Virus record (IMG/VR): IMGVR_UViG_3300014598_000002
Direction: 5' to 3' (one strand)
DNA length: 64,000 bases
Source of the DNA: a virus
Taxonomy: Duplodnaviria; Heunggongvirae; Uroviricota; Caudoviricetes
Each line of letters opens with the position of its first letter. The first letter of the stretch is position 1. Position numbers and translations under genes: made by a program. The notes below the pieces were generated by a model that was given only the letters and a program-made list of their open reading frames with translations, was not told where the DNA came from and searched no databases. Positions 27,902-38,480 of this stretch are shown piece after piece.

Positions 27902-28396
27902 ATGAGTGAATTTTATTCTAGGGCAGCAACTGTGGCAGACATGCCATTTATCATGAGTGAGTTCGAAGACGGCGCACGCAAGGGTCACTTCTACGAAGAG
28001 ATCCTCACATCAAAGGGGGGTAAAACCTTTGAGAAGCAGACCAGGCTGGCCATCCAGACGAACGAGCAGGGCCAATACTCCGGGCATTATATCTACATCC
28101 TGCTGCGCCGTTCTGATGACAAAAAAGCAGGGCTAATCTGGTTCTGTTCCGCACTCGATCCAACCGGTGCGCCACGACTTGAACTCCGTGCCGTCAGTAT
28201 CGTCAAAGAGCTGCGCGGGAAAGGCTATGGGTCAATGCTGGTGTCCGACATGATCGATTCAAACCCGAGCCAGCCGATGATGGCGAAGTGCTACGTCAAA
28301 TCCTCGCAAATGGCCGACATGCTAAAACGCAGAGGTTTTCACCTTTTCGACACGTCACCCAAAGGCACGCAGATGCTGTTTCGCGATCCAAAGTAA
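27902..28396 (+). CDS. GNAT-family N-acetyltransferase
   Basis: Motif A-like LRGKGYGSMLV (R/Q-x-x-G-x-G/A acetyl-CoA binding). Confidence 0.6.
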   Translation: MSEFYSRAATVADMPFIMSEFEDGARKGHFYEEILTSKGGKTFEKQTRLAIQTNEQGQYSGHYIYILLRRSDDKKAGLIWFCSALDPTGAPRLELRAVSIVKELRGKGYGSMLVSDMIDSNPSQPMMAKCYVKSSQMADMLKRRGFHLFDTSPKGTQMLFRDPK

Positions 28397-28427
28397 AAAG
28401 CACCCCATATGAGGTGCTTCTGAAGAA

Positions 28428-28931
28428 TTAATCGCAAGTTGTTTTGCCAGTGCCGTCTGGGTATACGATGGATTCGCACGACTTGCCGTTCAAGAAGCTG
28501 TAGCTGCGAATAGTGCCGTCAGGATCGCGTTCTGTGTAGGACTCCAGCTTCTTCGGATCAGCGTTCTTACGGCGCACTTCTTTCAGCTCATATTGGGCCT
28601 TGTACATCTCCTTGTAGGCTTCCTCTATGCGCTTCATCTTGATCTCCTTTGCCTCTTTGCTACCGAGATAAGCGGCCATTTCAAGATCACAGTTGAAACG
28701 GATTTTTGGGAATGAAGGCGCGTATTTACCCATGACTTTGGTTAAATCATTGTCGTTGGAGACATAATAGGCATGTCTTCCACACAATTTGTCGGCTCTG
28801 TCTTGGGCAATAGCTACGCTTGAAGTGGAATAAATATCAACGTACCCGCCAGCTAACTTTTCATCTTGAGGCGGCTTTGGCACGCATCCGATCAGAGCAA
28901 TGGCCATCGTCCCTATAATTACGCGTTTCAC
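28428..28931 (-). CDS. lipoprotein (AT-rich, signal LIGC)
   Basis: MKRVIIGTMAIALIGC lipobox. Confidence 0.5.
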   Translation of the reverse strand: MKRVIIGTMAIALIGCVPKPPQDEKLAGGYVDIYSTSSVAIAQDRADKLCGRHAYYVSNDNDLTKVMGKYAPSFPKIRFNCDLEMAAYLGSKEAKEIKMKRIEEAYKEMYKAQYELKEVRRKNADPKKLESYTERDPDGTIRSYSFLNGKSCESIVYPDGTGKTTCD

Positions 28932-29159
28932 CGTCCGTTCTCCTTTTTCGTTTAGTTGTCATCAATGAGTGACTGCGATTATAGAGTGGCTTGTAACATT
29001 TAGAAATCTATGCCGCTTCATAAAATAGGTATTCACTTACTTATATATTTTGTCATAATCGTGTCCCTGTAGATTTTCTTCTGTGCCGTGTTGTCTGGGT
29101 TTATCGCCTCTCAAGCACGCTTAACATCTGTATCAAAATAACCACAAAGGAAAAGACAC

Positions 29160-30245
29160 ATGACATTGCCATACGGGGTGATATCAGATCCCCATTATCA
29201 TCGTTGGGATGCTTTTGCGACAACAAACGCTGACGGGCTGAACTCTCGACTGGAGATCCAACTGGATGCCACGAAAGAAGCAGCCAAAGCCATGAAAGCT
29301 GCGGGCTGTAAGTACATGCTGGTGGCTGGTGATACTTTCCATGTTCGTGGTGCTATATCACCTTCCGTCCTGCATTTCGTGACCGAAACTTACGAGTGGA
29401 TCATCAAAGAGTTGGGCCTCGAAGTGGTTATGCTGGCCGGCAACCACGACCTCGAAACCAACGATTCCGTATACAGCGCCAATGCAGCGGCCTCTCTGCG
29501 CTCAATCGGTGTGGAAATCGTCTGCGGCAAACGTCCTCACTCCATCAAAATGGGCGACGTTACCGTCCATCTGATTAGCTGGCGCAATAACCACGCAGAG
29601 CTTATCAGCGACCTCAAAACACTGCGTTCCGGGCTGGATGGCGACAACCACGATGTCGTTGTGCATACCTCAATCAACAAAGCGATCCCCACCATGCCTG
29701 ATGTCGGCATCGACGCACAGGAACTGAAAGATATCGGCTTCCGTTTGTTGCTGTCCGGACACTACCACAACCACAAAGAAGTGCTGCCTGGAGTGGTTAG
29801 CATCGGGGCGCTGACGCACCAGAATTGGGGCGATGTTGGCTCGCTGGCTGGCTTCATGATCGTCAACCCTGACGGCACATTCACCCACCACGAAACCTCC
29901 GCACCCAAGTTCGTCAACCTTGAGGACGATGTGGAAGACGACCAAATTCGCGGTAACTACGTGCGCTTCCGTGCCTTTGTGGAGAGCGATGAAGAGGGCA
30001 TCAAAATCCAGAACGTCCTGAAAACAATGGGCGCGAAGGGTGTCGTCTGCAACTTCATCCGCAAGGCATCGATGATGGAAGGCACTGCCAGTACTGCGGA
30101 GACCAGCAAAATAGACAGCCTGGGAGAGTCCGTCGCGGCGTACTGCAAGATCGTTCACGACACTGACGGCGGTTTCGACCTGAGCAAGCTGGACATGCTG
30201 TGTCAGGAGATCCTGACCGAAGCGGAGAGTGCGGAGGCAATGTGA
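29160..30245 (+). CDS. sbcD: SbcD/Mre11-like metallophosphoesterase nuclease
   Basis: Calcineurin-like motifs DPHYH, GDTFH, GNHD in order. Confidence 0.8.
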   Translation: MTLPYGVISDPHYHRWDAFATTNADGLNSRLEIQLDATKEAAKAMKAAGCKYMLVAGDTFHVRGAISPSVLHFVTETYEWIIKELGLEVVMLAGNHDLETNDSVYSANAAASLRSIGVEIVCGKRPHSIKMGDVTVHLISWRNNHAELISDLKTLRSGLDGDNHDVVVHTSINKAIPTMPDVGIDAQELKDIGFRLLLSGHYHNHKEVLPGVVSIGALTHQNWGDVGSLAGFMIVNPDGTFTHHETSAPKFVNLEDDVEDDQIRGNYVRFRAFVESDEEGIKIQNVLKTMGAKGVVCNFIRKASMMEGTASTAETSKIDSLGESVAAYCKIVHDTDGGFDLSKLDMLCQEILTEAESAEAM

Positions 30246-30478
30246 GTACGAGCCATTCTGGGAGCTTTCGGGACTTCATCTCCACGATGAAAAGACTTGA
30301 ACGAGGCCAGACGGTGATGTTCCACAAGCCCTACCCACCCAACGGAAACCCTGTGGCGTTTTATCTGGGAAGACTGAGCAAACAAGGCGTACTGAAACGC
30401 CGATCTTTCCCAGCCCACACGGAGTTTCAACTGCGAAAAGGCCAGCATTCGAATCAAAAAGTTAGAGGCATTGTATGA
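30242..30478 (+). CDS. small hypothetical protein between sbcD and sbcC
   Basis: GTG overlapping the sbcD stop with a GGAGG RBS. Alternative ATG at 30287. Confidence 0.3.
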   Translation: MSTSHSGSFRDFISTMKRLERGQTVMFHKPYPPNGNPVAFYLGRLSKQGVLKRRSFPAHTEFQLRKGQHSNQKVRGIV

Positions 30479-32391
30479 AATTTCTAAAGCTCCAGGTTGA
30501 GAACTTCATGGCGTTAGCCAGCGCCGAAGTTGAGTTAGACCAACGCGGTCTGGTGCTCATTCAGGGTGTTAACAGTGGCGACTCTTCCGCTGCCAGCAAT
30601 GGCGCGGGCAAATCGACTTTGATGAACAGCCTGATGTGGTGTCTGTATGGCGAAACTGCGCATGGCGTCAAAGGTGACGACGTGCTCTCTACAGGCCACG
30701 AGAAAAACTGTCGCGTGATGGTGACTGTTGAGGATGAAGGAAAGCGTTACGCCATCATTCGCCACCGCAAACACAAAGAGTTCAAGAACCGGCTGATCGT
30801 CCGTGGCGAAGACGGTGATATGACCAAAGGCAAAGACACACTGACGCAGGAGTTCGTTGAACGCCTGATTGGTGCATCGAAAGAGGTGTTCATGGCGTCC
30901 ATCTACGCCAGTCAGGAAGCAATGCCAGATCTGCCTGGTATGTCCGATAAGAACCTCAAAACCATCGTTGAAGAAGCCGCTGGCGTCGACCGGTTAACGC
31001 GAGCCTATGCCATTGCTCGCGAGCGTGCTAATGCAGCTGCCGCACGCATGGATGTTACCAAATCCAAAATGGACGCCTGTCTCACGCTTATCGAGACCGC
31101 GCAGTCAGAGATTGAGGCGGCCAAAGCGTCCTCTGATAGTTGGGAACGCGATCGCGGCGAACGTCTGGACAAGGCCCGCGTCGATTTGGCTGGCGCGGAG
31201 GTAACGCTGTCTGAAGTCGTGATGGAAATTCGCTCGCTGCCGGAACAGATCCGGGATACGGAAAACGCGATTGCTGGCGAACGCAGCAAGCTGGCCTCCA
31301 AAGAAGAGCATGACGCCAAACTGCTGAAGGTGCGCGGTGCGATTACGGAGATCCGCTCAAGCATCCGCACTTCAGAAGCGGCACAGAACGAGTCGATGAA
31401 CCGTGCTCGCTCGTTTAAAACCAAAGCAGAAGAGGTCAGCACAAAGGTCGGAGCACCTTGTGTTACGTGCGGAAAGCCCTACTGCGAAGAAGATTTGTCC
31501 ACCGTGAAGGAGAGTTTCATTGAACAAGCGCGTAATGAGATCGGCCAGGCGCAGGCATCAGCAGCGGCAGTGGCTCAACACAAAGCTCGTCTTGAGAAAG
31601 CGCTCGGCATCGAGTCTGCACTGGTCGCAGCCACACCCGACGTCTCAGAAATCATCGCCAGAATCGAACGTCTGACCAATGAGTTAAGTGCATTACGCCA
31701 TCGCGAACGTGAGGTCGCGGCCGTCGAAGCGATGGTGGCGCGGGCGCGTACTGACGTGAATCGCATCATGGCAGAGGTAAACCCATTTCTGGCTGTCATT
31801 AAGCGCCATGAAGACAACCTGGCTGCCAATAAATCTAATCATGCAGTACTTAAAAAAGAGTTAAAAAGCATTCAGGAACAGGCTCTGTTGCTGGAGAAAG
31901 CTCGCCAGGTTTACTCCCCAGCTGGCGTGCGTTCACACATCCTGACTTCTGTTACGCCTTTCCTGAACATCAGGACTGCGGAGTATCTCAACACGCTGTC
32001 GGACGGCAATATCGTTGCCGAATGGTCGACAATGGAGACAACGAAGAAAGGCGAGTATCGCGACAAATTCAATATCAGCGTGACCAAAACAGGTTCCAGC
32101 AAATCCTTCCAGACGTTGTCTGGTGGTGAGAAGCGTAAGGTACGCATTGCGTGCTCTCTTGCCTTGCAGGATCTGGTTGCCAGTCGTGCCAGTAAGAATA
32201 TCGAGCTGTTTATCGGGGATGAAATTGACGACGCGCTCGACACTGCCGGTCTGGAGCGTCTCATGGGGATTCTGGAAGCCAAAGCGCGTGAACGCGGCAC
32301 AGTGATGATCATTTCCCACAAAGAGATGAAATCGTGGTTCCGGGAAACCATCACAGTCGAAGTCAAAGAGGGTCGCAGCTATGTCGTTTAA
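30475..32391 (+). CDS. sbcC: SbcC/Rad50-like SMC ATPase
   Basis: Walker A NGAGKSTLMNSL, long coiled-coil with central CxxC hook (CVTCGKPYC), C-terminal signature and D-loop. Confidence 0.8.
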   Translation: MKFLKLQVENFMALASAEVELDQRGLVLIQGVNSGDSSAASNGAGKSTLMNSLMWCLYGETAHGVKGDDVLSTGHEKNCRVMVTVEDEGKRYAIIRHRKHKEFKNRLIVRGEDGDMTKGKDTLTQEFVERLIGASKEVFMASIYASQEAMPDLPGMSDKNLKTIVEEAAGVDRLTRAYAIARERANAAAARMDVTKSKMDACLTLIETAQSEIEAAKASSDSWERDRGERLDKARVDLAGAEVTLSEVVMEIRSLPEQIRDTENAIAGERSKLASKEEHDAKLLKVRGAITEIRSSIRTSEAAQNESMNRARSFKTKAEEVSTKVGAPCVTCGKPYCEEDLSTVKESFIEQARNEIGQAQASAAAVAQHKARLEKALGIESALVAATPDVSEIIARIERLTNELSALRHREREVAAVEAMVARARTDVNRIMAEVNPFLAVIKRHEDNLAANKSNHAVLKKELKSIQEQALLLEKARQVYSPAGVRSHILTSVTPFLNIRTAEYLNTLSDGNIVAEWSTMETTKKGEYRDKFNISVTKTGSSKSFQTLSGGEKRKVRIACSLALQDLVASRASKNIELFIGDEIDDALDTAGLERLMGILEAKARERGTVMIISHKEMKSWFRETITVEVKEGRSYVV

Positions 32392-33127
32392 CTTGAGCCG
32401 AACGCAGTTTTTGCAGATGTTTTCCGTGATGCAGTCTATAAAGCTGATAAACCACCATACGGCAAAAGCAGCTGCGCCTGCACTTTTGTGGAAAAACGAA
32501 AACATCAATGACGACCAGTTCTCGGTATTAACCAGTCTGTTGTCATCGACTCCGTTGATGCCGAGTTTGTCTATGCTGCCGTCAGGAAGCACTGCGCCGA
32601 TCCTTATTAATCCATTTACGGAAGGTGGATATCTCCCACATTCTGGGCCGGGGTTCGTTGTGATTCCTGAAACCGGAACGCTGAACATCCAAGAAAATGC
32701 GCTCTTCAATGCGATGGAGATGCACATCAGCACCGCATTCACTAATCTGATTCGACACGCTAACGCACGCGCAGATCACGTTGCAATGCCGGGTGCTGCC
32801 TTCGCCAGCTTCTCTGTTGACTATGATCGGCACGCGCCAATCTCAAAGCGGGCGAAACTTTGCTTTTACGAGGAGGGATGTGAAGTAGCGGTTATTGAAG
32901 TTCTTCTCCCCCATGTATTCAGCGCGAATGAAACGGCTGCACGCCATCTGATCGACATCATGCGACATTTCATCGGTCAGAGCATGATTGATGCAGACAT
33001 TGCGGCAGGCGTTCTAACCAACGATAGCATTCATGTTGTTAGCGACATTCCGAAGCCGCCAACTCGCGAGCCGGAGAAGACACTTGAACAGAAACTAATG
33101 GAATGCCCAACCTGGGCTACGTGGTAA
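32381..33127 (+). CDS. hypothetical protein
   Basis: 248-aa ORF overlapping the sbcC stop. Confidence 0.5.
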   Translation: MSFNLSRTQFLQMFSVMQSIKLINHHTAKAAAPALLWKNENINDDQFSVLTSLLSSTPLMPSLSMLPSGSTAPILINPFTEGGYLPHSGPGFVVIPETGTLNIQENALFNAMEMHISTAFTNLIRHANARADHVAMPGAAFASFSVDYDRHAPISKRAKLCFYEEGCEVAVIEVLLPHVFSANETAARHLIDIMRHFIGQSMIDADIAAGVLTNDSIHVVSDIPKPPTREPEKTLEQKLMECPTWATW

Positions 33128-33138
33128 GGAGACGAAAA

Positions 33139-33708
33139 ATGAGTAAAACCATTCGTGTGGTCGGCGTCGACCCTTCAATGAGCAACTTTGGCCTGGCGAT
33201 TGGCACGCTGGATCTGGAAACGGATAAGCTGGACATTCATGGCCTGACATTGGTGGAAACCAAAGCAGGCGGCAACAAGAAGACCGTTCGCGTAAACAGC
33301 GACGATCTGCGCCGCGCCAACGAAATCTGGCGTACAGCCAAGCCCATAATCGAACAGGCCCATATGGTGTTTTGTGAACTTCCGGTTGGTAGCCAGTCCA
33401 GTCGCGCACAAACCTCATACGGCATCTGCATTGGCGTACTGGCGTGCGTGGATAAGCCACTGATACAGGTCACGCCAAACGAGATTAAGCACTATGTCGG
33501 GAATAAGCTGACCACGTCGAAGGAAGAGATCATTCAGTGGGCTACGCAGAAGCAGCCAAACGCCCCGTGGTTGCGCCGGAAGCAATCTGGCAAGGAAGTG
33601 CTGGTGAATAAAAACGAGCACCTTGCGGACGCTGTCGCGTCGATTTACACCGGTATGCAAACTGATCAATTCCGTCAGGTTCGCGATGTTCTTGCAGGAA
33701 TTTTATAA
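33139..33708 (+). CDS. RuvC-like Holliday-junction resolvase
   Basis: N-terminal IRVVGVDPSMSNFGLAI resembles the RuvC/RNase-H-fold catalytic start (GIDPG). Start at the internal ATG with an AAGGAG RBS. Confidence 0.55.
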   Translation: MSKTIRVVGVDPSMSNFGLAIGTLDLETDKLDIHGLTLVETKAGGNKKTVRVNSDDLRRANEIWRTAKPIIEQAHMVFCELPVGSQSSRAQTSYGICIGVLACVDKPLIQVTPNEIKHYVGNKLTTSKEEIIQWATQKQPNAPWLRRKQSGKEVLVNKNEHLADAVASIYTGMQTDQFRQVRDVLAGIL

Positions 33709-33785
33709 GTCGGTAATTGATAGGTAAGTGCTTATCTATTAACATGAGGCCACTATATTTAGTGGTCTTTTTTATTGGGTGATAC

Positions 33786-36101
33786 ATGATAAGCATCGTA
33801 AAACGTAACGGTTCCACAGAGCCGTTGTCAGAGGAAAAATACAACCGCGTTGTGATGTGGGGAGTCGAAAACATTCGCAACGTTAGCGCGTCTGCTGTCG
33901 CTATGGGCGCCGCTGCCAGCATTTTCGACGGAATGACCACCTGCCAGCTGCATGAAGCGCTGGTGAAGTCCGCTGCCGATCTGATCTCTCCGGAAACCCC
34001 GAACTACTCGCAGGTTGCCGCGCGACTGAGCCTGTTCAAGATCCGCAAGGACGCCTTCGGGCAGTATGACTACCCGAATTTCTACAATCACATCGTCAGC
34101 AACGTCAACCGTGGCGTTTACGATGAAGACCTTCTCAAGTACTACTCTCAGGAAGAAATTGCCGAGCTGGGCGTGTACATCAAGCCTAAGCGCGACGAAT
34201 ACTTCGGCTATGCCGCCACCGTGCAGCTGGCGAGCAAGTATCTCGTTCAAAACCGTGTAACTGGCGCTATCTACGAAGGGCCACAGCAACTCTATATGCT
34301 GGTCGGCATGTGCCTGTTCCAGAATTGGGAAGATGGCTGCGTTGGTAAGACGCGTCTGGAGATGGTTAAAGGCTTCTACGATGTGACCAGTACATTCAAG
34401 CTGTCTCTGCCAACGCCAATTATGGCCGGCGTGCGCACCCCTACTCGTCAGTTCTCCAGCTGCGTGCTGATTGAAGCTGCTGATAGTCTGAAAGGGATTA
34501 GCGCTGCGTCTTCCGCAATCATTGACTACGTGTCACGTCGCGCGGGCATTGGTATTGGCTTTGGGCGTCTGCGTGCGCTGGGAAGTGAGATCCGCAATGG
34601 CGAGGCCACCCACACTGGCGTTATTCCATTCCTGAAACACTTCCAGACGGCGGTGAAATCCTGCTCTCAGGGCGGTGTTCGCGGCGGCGCTGCTACAGCG
34701 TTCTATCCGATCTGGCACTTGGAAGTAGAAAGCCTGCTGGTGCTGAAAAACAACCGTGGCATTGAAGAGAACCGCGTTCGTCATCTCGACTATGGAGTGA
34801 TGATTAACCGTCTGATGTATCGCCGCCTGGTGCGCAACGAAAACATTACGCTGTTCAGCCCACACGATGTGCCGGGCCTGTACGACGCGTTCTTTGTTGA
34901 TCAGGACAAGTTCGAAGAGCTGTACCTGAAGTACGAAGCCGACGAGAGCATCCGTAAGAAATCTATCCCGGCCGTCGATCTGTTCTCTACGCTGATGCAG
35001 GAGCGTGCCTCTACTGGTCGTGTTTACATTGCCAACGTCGACCACATGAACGATCACGGCGCATTCGTTCCGGAAATTGCACCGGTACACCAGTCCAATC
35101 TCTGCATGGAGATCACGCTACCGACCAAGCCACTGGCGTTCACTGACGATCCGAACGGGGAAATCGCGCTTTGCACTCTGTCTGCGTTTAACCTGGGCGC
35201 GATCCGCACGTTGGACTCACTGAAAGACGTGGCGTTCTACGCTGTGGCGGCACTGGACTCTCTGCTCGACTATCAGGACTACCCGATGGCTGCTGCAGAA
35301 ATCCCGGCTAAAGCACGTCGTAGCCTGGGCATTGGCGTGACCAACTTTGCCTACTATCTGGCGAAGAACGGCTTTAACTACTCTGACGCTGCGGGCAACC
35401 AGCTGGTGCATGAGACCTTCGAAGCCATTCAGTACTACCTGCTCGATGCGAGCTGCCGACTGGCCGAAGCGAAAGGTGCATGTGACTGGTTCTCCCACAC
35501 CAAATATGCACAGGGCCAGCTGCCAGTCGACCACTATCGCAAAACGCTGGATACCAACCCGGAGACCTCTTTCGAGCTGAAAATGCCGTGGGAAGAGCTG
35601 CGTGGACGTATCCGTGAGCATGGTCTGCGTAACTCCACTCTGACCGCTCAAATGCCGTGCGAGACGTCCAGTCAGATCACCAACTCCACCAATGGTATTG
35701 AGCCGCCCCGCGGCCCGGTGTCAGTGAAGTCTTCCAAAGACGGCATCGTGAAGATGGTCGTTCCGGACTTCGCGCAACTGAAAGACCAGTACGAGTACCT
35801 GTGGGATATGCCTGATAACCGCGGCTATCTGACTAAGGTGGCCATCATTCAGAAGTTCTTCGATCAGGCCATCTCTGCGAACACCAACTACGACCCGACT
35901 CGCTTCCCTGGCGACAAGGTTCCAATGATGAAGCTGCTGGAAGATCTGCTGTTTGCGTATCAGCAAGGTGTGAAGACGCTTTATTACCACAACACGCGTG
36001 ATGGCGCTGGTAAGCGTGATGACGACGATCAGGTGTCAGAACCTTCCGCTGCGGAGGTTGTTGAGCCAGAAGATGAGTGCGATGGCGCGTGCAAAATCTG
36101 A
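33786..36101 (+). CDS. nrdA: ribonucleoside-diphosphate reductase alpha subunit
   Basis: N-terminal ATP-cone (VKRNGSTEPLSEEK) and class I RNR catalytic core. 771 aa. Confidence 0.9.
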   Translation: MISIVKRNGSTEPLSEEKYNRVVMWGVENIRNVSASAVAMGAAASIFDGMTTCQLHEALVKSAADLISPETPNYSQVAARLSLFKIRKDAFGQYDYPNFYNHIVSNVNRGVYDEDLLKYYSQEEIAELGVYIKPKRDEYFGYAATVQLASKYLVQNRVTGAIYEGPQQLYMLVGMCLFQNWEDGCVGKTRLEMVKGFYDVTSTFKLSLPTPIMAGVRTPTRQFSSCVLIEAADSLKGISAASSAIIDYVSRRAGIGIGFGRLRALGSEIRNGEATHTGVIPFLKHFQTAVKSCSQGGVRGGAATAFYPIWHLEVESLLVLKNNRGIEENRVRHLDYGVMINRLMYRRLVRNENITLFSPHDVPGLYDAFFVDQDKFEELYLKYEADESIRKKSIPAVDLFSTLMQERASTGRVYIANVDHMNDHGAFVPEIAPVHQSNLCMEITLPTKPLAFTDDPNGEIALCTLSAFNLGAIRTLDSLKDVAFYAVAALDSLLDYQDYPMAAAEIPAKARRSLGIGVTNFAYYLAKNGFNYSDAAGNQLVHETFEAIQYYLLDASCRLAEAKGACDWFSHTKYAQGQLPVDHYRKTLDTNPETSFELKMPWEELRGRIREHGLRNSTLTAQMPCETSSQITNSTNGIEPPRGPVSVKSSKDGIVKMVVPDFAQLKDQYEYLWDMPDNRGYLTKVAIIQKFFDQAISANTNYDPTRFPGDKVPMMKLLEDLLFAYQQGVKTLYYHNTRDGAGKRDDDDQVSEPSAAEVVEPEDECDGACKI

Positions 36102-36208
36102 TGAGCGTGGGGAGAAATCCCCACCTTTTCATTGAGTTGAGTACCTTGTTTAAACCAATAAGATAACAATTTGTTTAAAGCCACTCGATAACATTCAGAG
36201 GGAAACAC

Positions 36209-37351
36209 ATGACTTATTCTACTTTCCGTTTGGGCGCTAACGACGCAACGAAGGAACCTATGTTCCTCGGCCAGTCTGTCAACGTAGCACGCTACGATCA
36301 GCAAAAGTACCGTGACTTCGAAAAGCTGATTGAGAAACAACTCTCGTTCTTCTGGCGCCCTGAAGAAGTCGACATTACCACTGACCGCATCGACTTCAAT
36401 ACCAAGCTGCAAGAGCACGAACGCCATATTTTTCTGAGCAACCTGCGTTACCAGACGCTGTTGGATTCCGTTCAGGGTCGCAGTCCAAACGCAACACTAC
36501 TGCCGCTGATCTCCATTCCTGAGCTGGAGACATGGGTTGAGACCTGGTCGTTCTCTGAGACGATTCACAGCCGCAGCTATACCCACATTATCCGCGGTAT
36601 GGTGGATGACCCGAGCATCGTTTTCGACGGCATCGTCACGGACGAAGAGATCATCAGCCGGGCTGTAAGCATCTCAAGCGAATATGACAGACTGTACGAA
36701 ATGACCTGCGCACGCCAGCATCTTGGCGAAGACGAATTTGAACGGCTGTATGTCAGCGAGTTTGATGGCAAGCCCTACCCTCTCCAGCGCCAGCTGTTCC
36801 GAACACTGGTGTCGGTGAATGCACTGGAGGCGATTCGCTTCTACGTGAGCTTTGCGTGTACGTTCGCCTTTGGTGAGCGGAAGCTGCTGGAGGGCAACAC
36901 AAAGATCATGCGCTTCATCGCGCGCGACGAGGCTCTGCATTGCGAAGGTACTGAACGCATGATCCGCTTTATGCGTACCGGTCGTGAAGGTCTGATGTGG
37001 AAGATGATTGCCGCAGAAGAAGAGAGCTTCATCTATCAGACCATGATGGACGTGGCCGGGCAGGAAATGCGCTGGGCTGACTATCTGTTTAAAGACGGCT
37101 CAATGATTGGCTTGAATGCCGACATCCTCAAAAGCTATGTGAAATACCGCACCAACCTGGCAATGCGTCGTCTTGGGCTGCGACCGCTGTTCCCGGAAAT
37201 CAAAGACGATCCACTGGTATGGATGAACAAATGGCTGCTGTCAGACACCCTGCAGATCGCTCCGCAGGAAGCTGAACAAAGCAACTACCTCGTCGGCCAG
37301 ATTGACTCCGCCGTCGATCGCACCGGCCTGAGCCAGTTCGCAGACCTTTAA
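36209..37351 (+). CDS. nrdB: ribonucleoside-diphosphate reductase beta subunit
   Basis: Di-iron ferritin-like motifs and the [10 protein letters not shown]-terminal region typical of NrdB. Confidence 0.9.
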   Translation: MTYSTFRLGANDATKEPMFLGQSVNVARYDQQKYRDFEKLIEKQLSFFWRPEEVDITTDRIDFNTKLQEHERHIFLSNLRYQTLLDSVQGRSPNATLLPLISIPELETWVETWSFSETIHSRSYTHIIRGMVDDPSIVFDGIVTDEEIISRAVSISSEYDRLYEMTCARQHLGEDEFERLYVSEFDGKPYPLQRQLFRTLVSVNALEAIRFYVSFACTFAFGERKLLEGNTKIMRFIARDEALHCEGTERMIRFMRTGREGLMWKMIAAEEESFIYQTMMDVAGQEMRWADYLFKDGSMIGLNADILKSYVKYRTNLAMRRLGLRPLFPEIKDDPLVWMNKWLLSDTLQIAPQEAEQSNYLVGQIDSAVDRTGLSQFADL

Positions 37352-37433
37352 GCCGAGTTTAACCACTTTGTGACCTGGCGCTGCTGGGTCACAATTGACG
37401 CATCAAATGAAGTCCAAAGGAAAGAAAGAAGAC

Positions 37434-38303
37434 ATGAAATTTACGAAACTGACCGATCATCTGAAACTTGCCGCAGACAAACTCGTGGGATTTAAGCCAG
37501 AGCCTTACGAGTTGAATCCTGGTTTTGGCAAGGCAACGGAAAGCATCTACTTGATGGTTGACCAGTTCCACACACTGTTTCAGCACCCACGCCGTGCCAT
37601 TCCAGATCCGGCATTACTGCGTCTGCGTGCCAAGCTGATCCACGAAGAAGCTGTTACCGAGGGCATCCCGGCAGCCAAAAATGGGGATATGACGGCGCTG
37701 CTGGACGCGATGGCGGACTTCCTTTACGTGGGCGTCGGCACAATGGTGGCCATCAAAGGCGGCATCTCTACGGGCATGAGTTACTACACCCAAGAGCAGA
37801 GTGTTGATCGCTTCATCCACACCATCATGGTTCCGGGCAACACGGTCTTTGACGATATGGCCATCCCGTTTGAAGAAGCAAAAGAAGCTGCATTAATGCT
37901 GAATGCGCTGGCTGACAAACTCGAAGCGAAGCCGATAAGCGATTCCGAATTGGTGCAGGAGCTGCGCCGCGTGATGAACAAAATCTACGTTGCCTGCATG
38001 ATGACCTACCGCCTGGCTGATTTTCTCGGTATCGATATTGTTGAGCTGGTGGCAGAAATCCACCGTTCCAACATGACCAAGCTGTGGCCGGCTGACGCCG
38101 AAGAGCGTCGTGTGGCGGTAGAGAATTGCAAATACGACAAGGAAGACCTGGGCTTCCGCCATGCTGAAGGGACTGACATGATGATTGGCTTCAGAATTTC
38201 TGATGGCAAGATCCTCAAATCCCCAACCTACAGCGATGTGGATCTGACTCGCTTTGTTGAGAAGGCAAAATCCTCATCTCTTTACGAGATGGTAAAAAAA
38301 TAA
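37434..38303 (+). CDS. hypothetical protein, possibly MazG-like NTP pyrophosphohydrolase
   Basis: EEAVTEG...LLDAMADFLYV loosely resembles the MazG ExxE/DxxD helices. Assignment is weak. Confidence 0.35.
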   Translation: MKFTKLTDHLKLAADKLVGFKPEPYELNPGFGKATESIYLMVDQFHTLFQHPRRAIPDPALLRLRAKLIHEEAVTEGIPAAKNGDMTALLDAMADFLYVGVGTMVAIKGGISTGMSYYTQEQSVDRFIHTIMVPGNTVFDDMAIPFEEAKEAALMLNALADKLEAKPISDSELVQELRRVMNKIYVACMMTYRLADFLGIDIVELVAEIHRSNMTKLWPADAEERRVAVENCKYDKEDLGFRHAEGTDMMIGFRISDGKILKSPTYSDVDLTRFVEKAKSSSLYEMVKK

Positions 38304-38480
38304 TTGTAAGTATATACTTATCATTATATATTGCCTTGGCGTGTTTTATTGTCCAAGTTCTTAATTGCTCATTGCAATGGTGGCCTAAGAGCCACCATTT
38401 TTTTTACTCCCCTCCTAGCCTTACACACTTCTGACAGATAAACTTGTATAAAATAATATGTATGTACTTACTTATCTTGT

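Noticed and set aside
31933-32742. 269-aa minus-strand ORF overlapping the sbcC 3' end and the next gene
   Set aside because: Antisense to two well-supported plus-strand genes, with high-GC shadow ORF characteristics.
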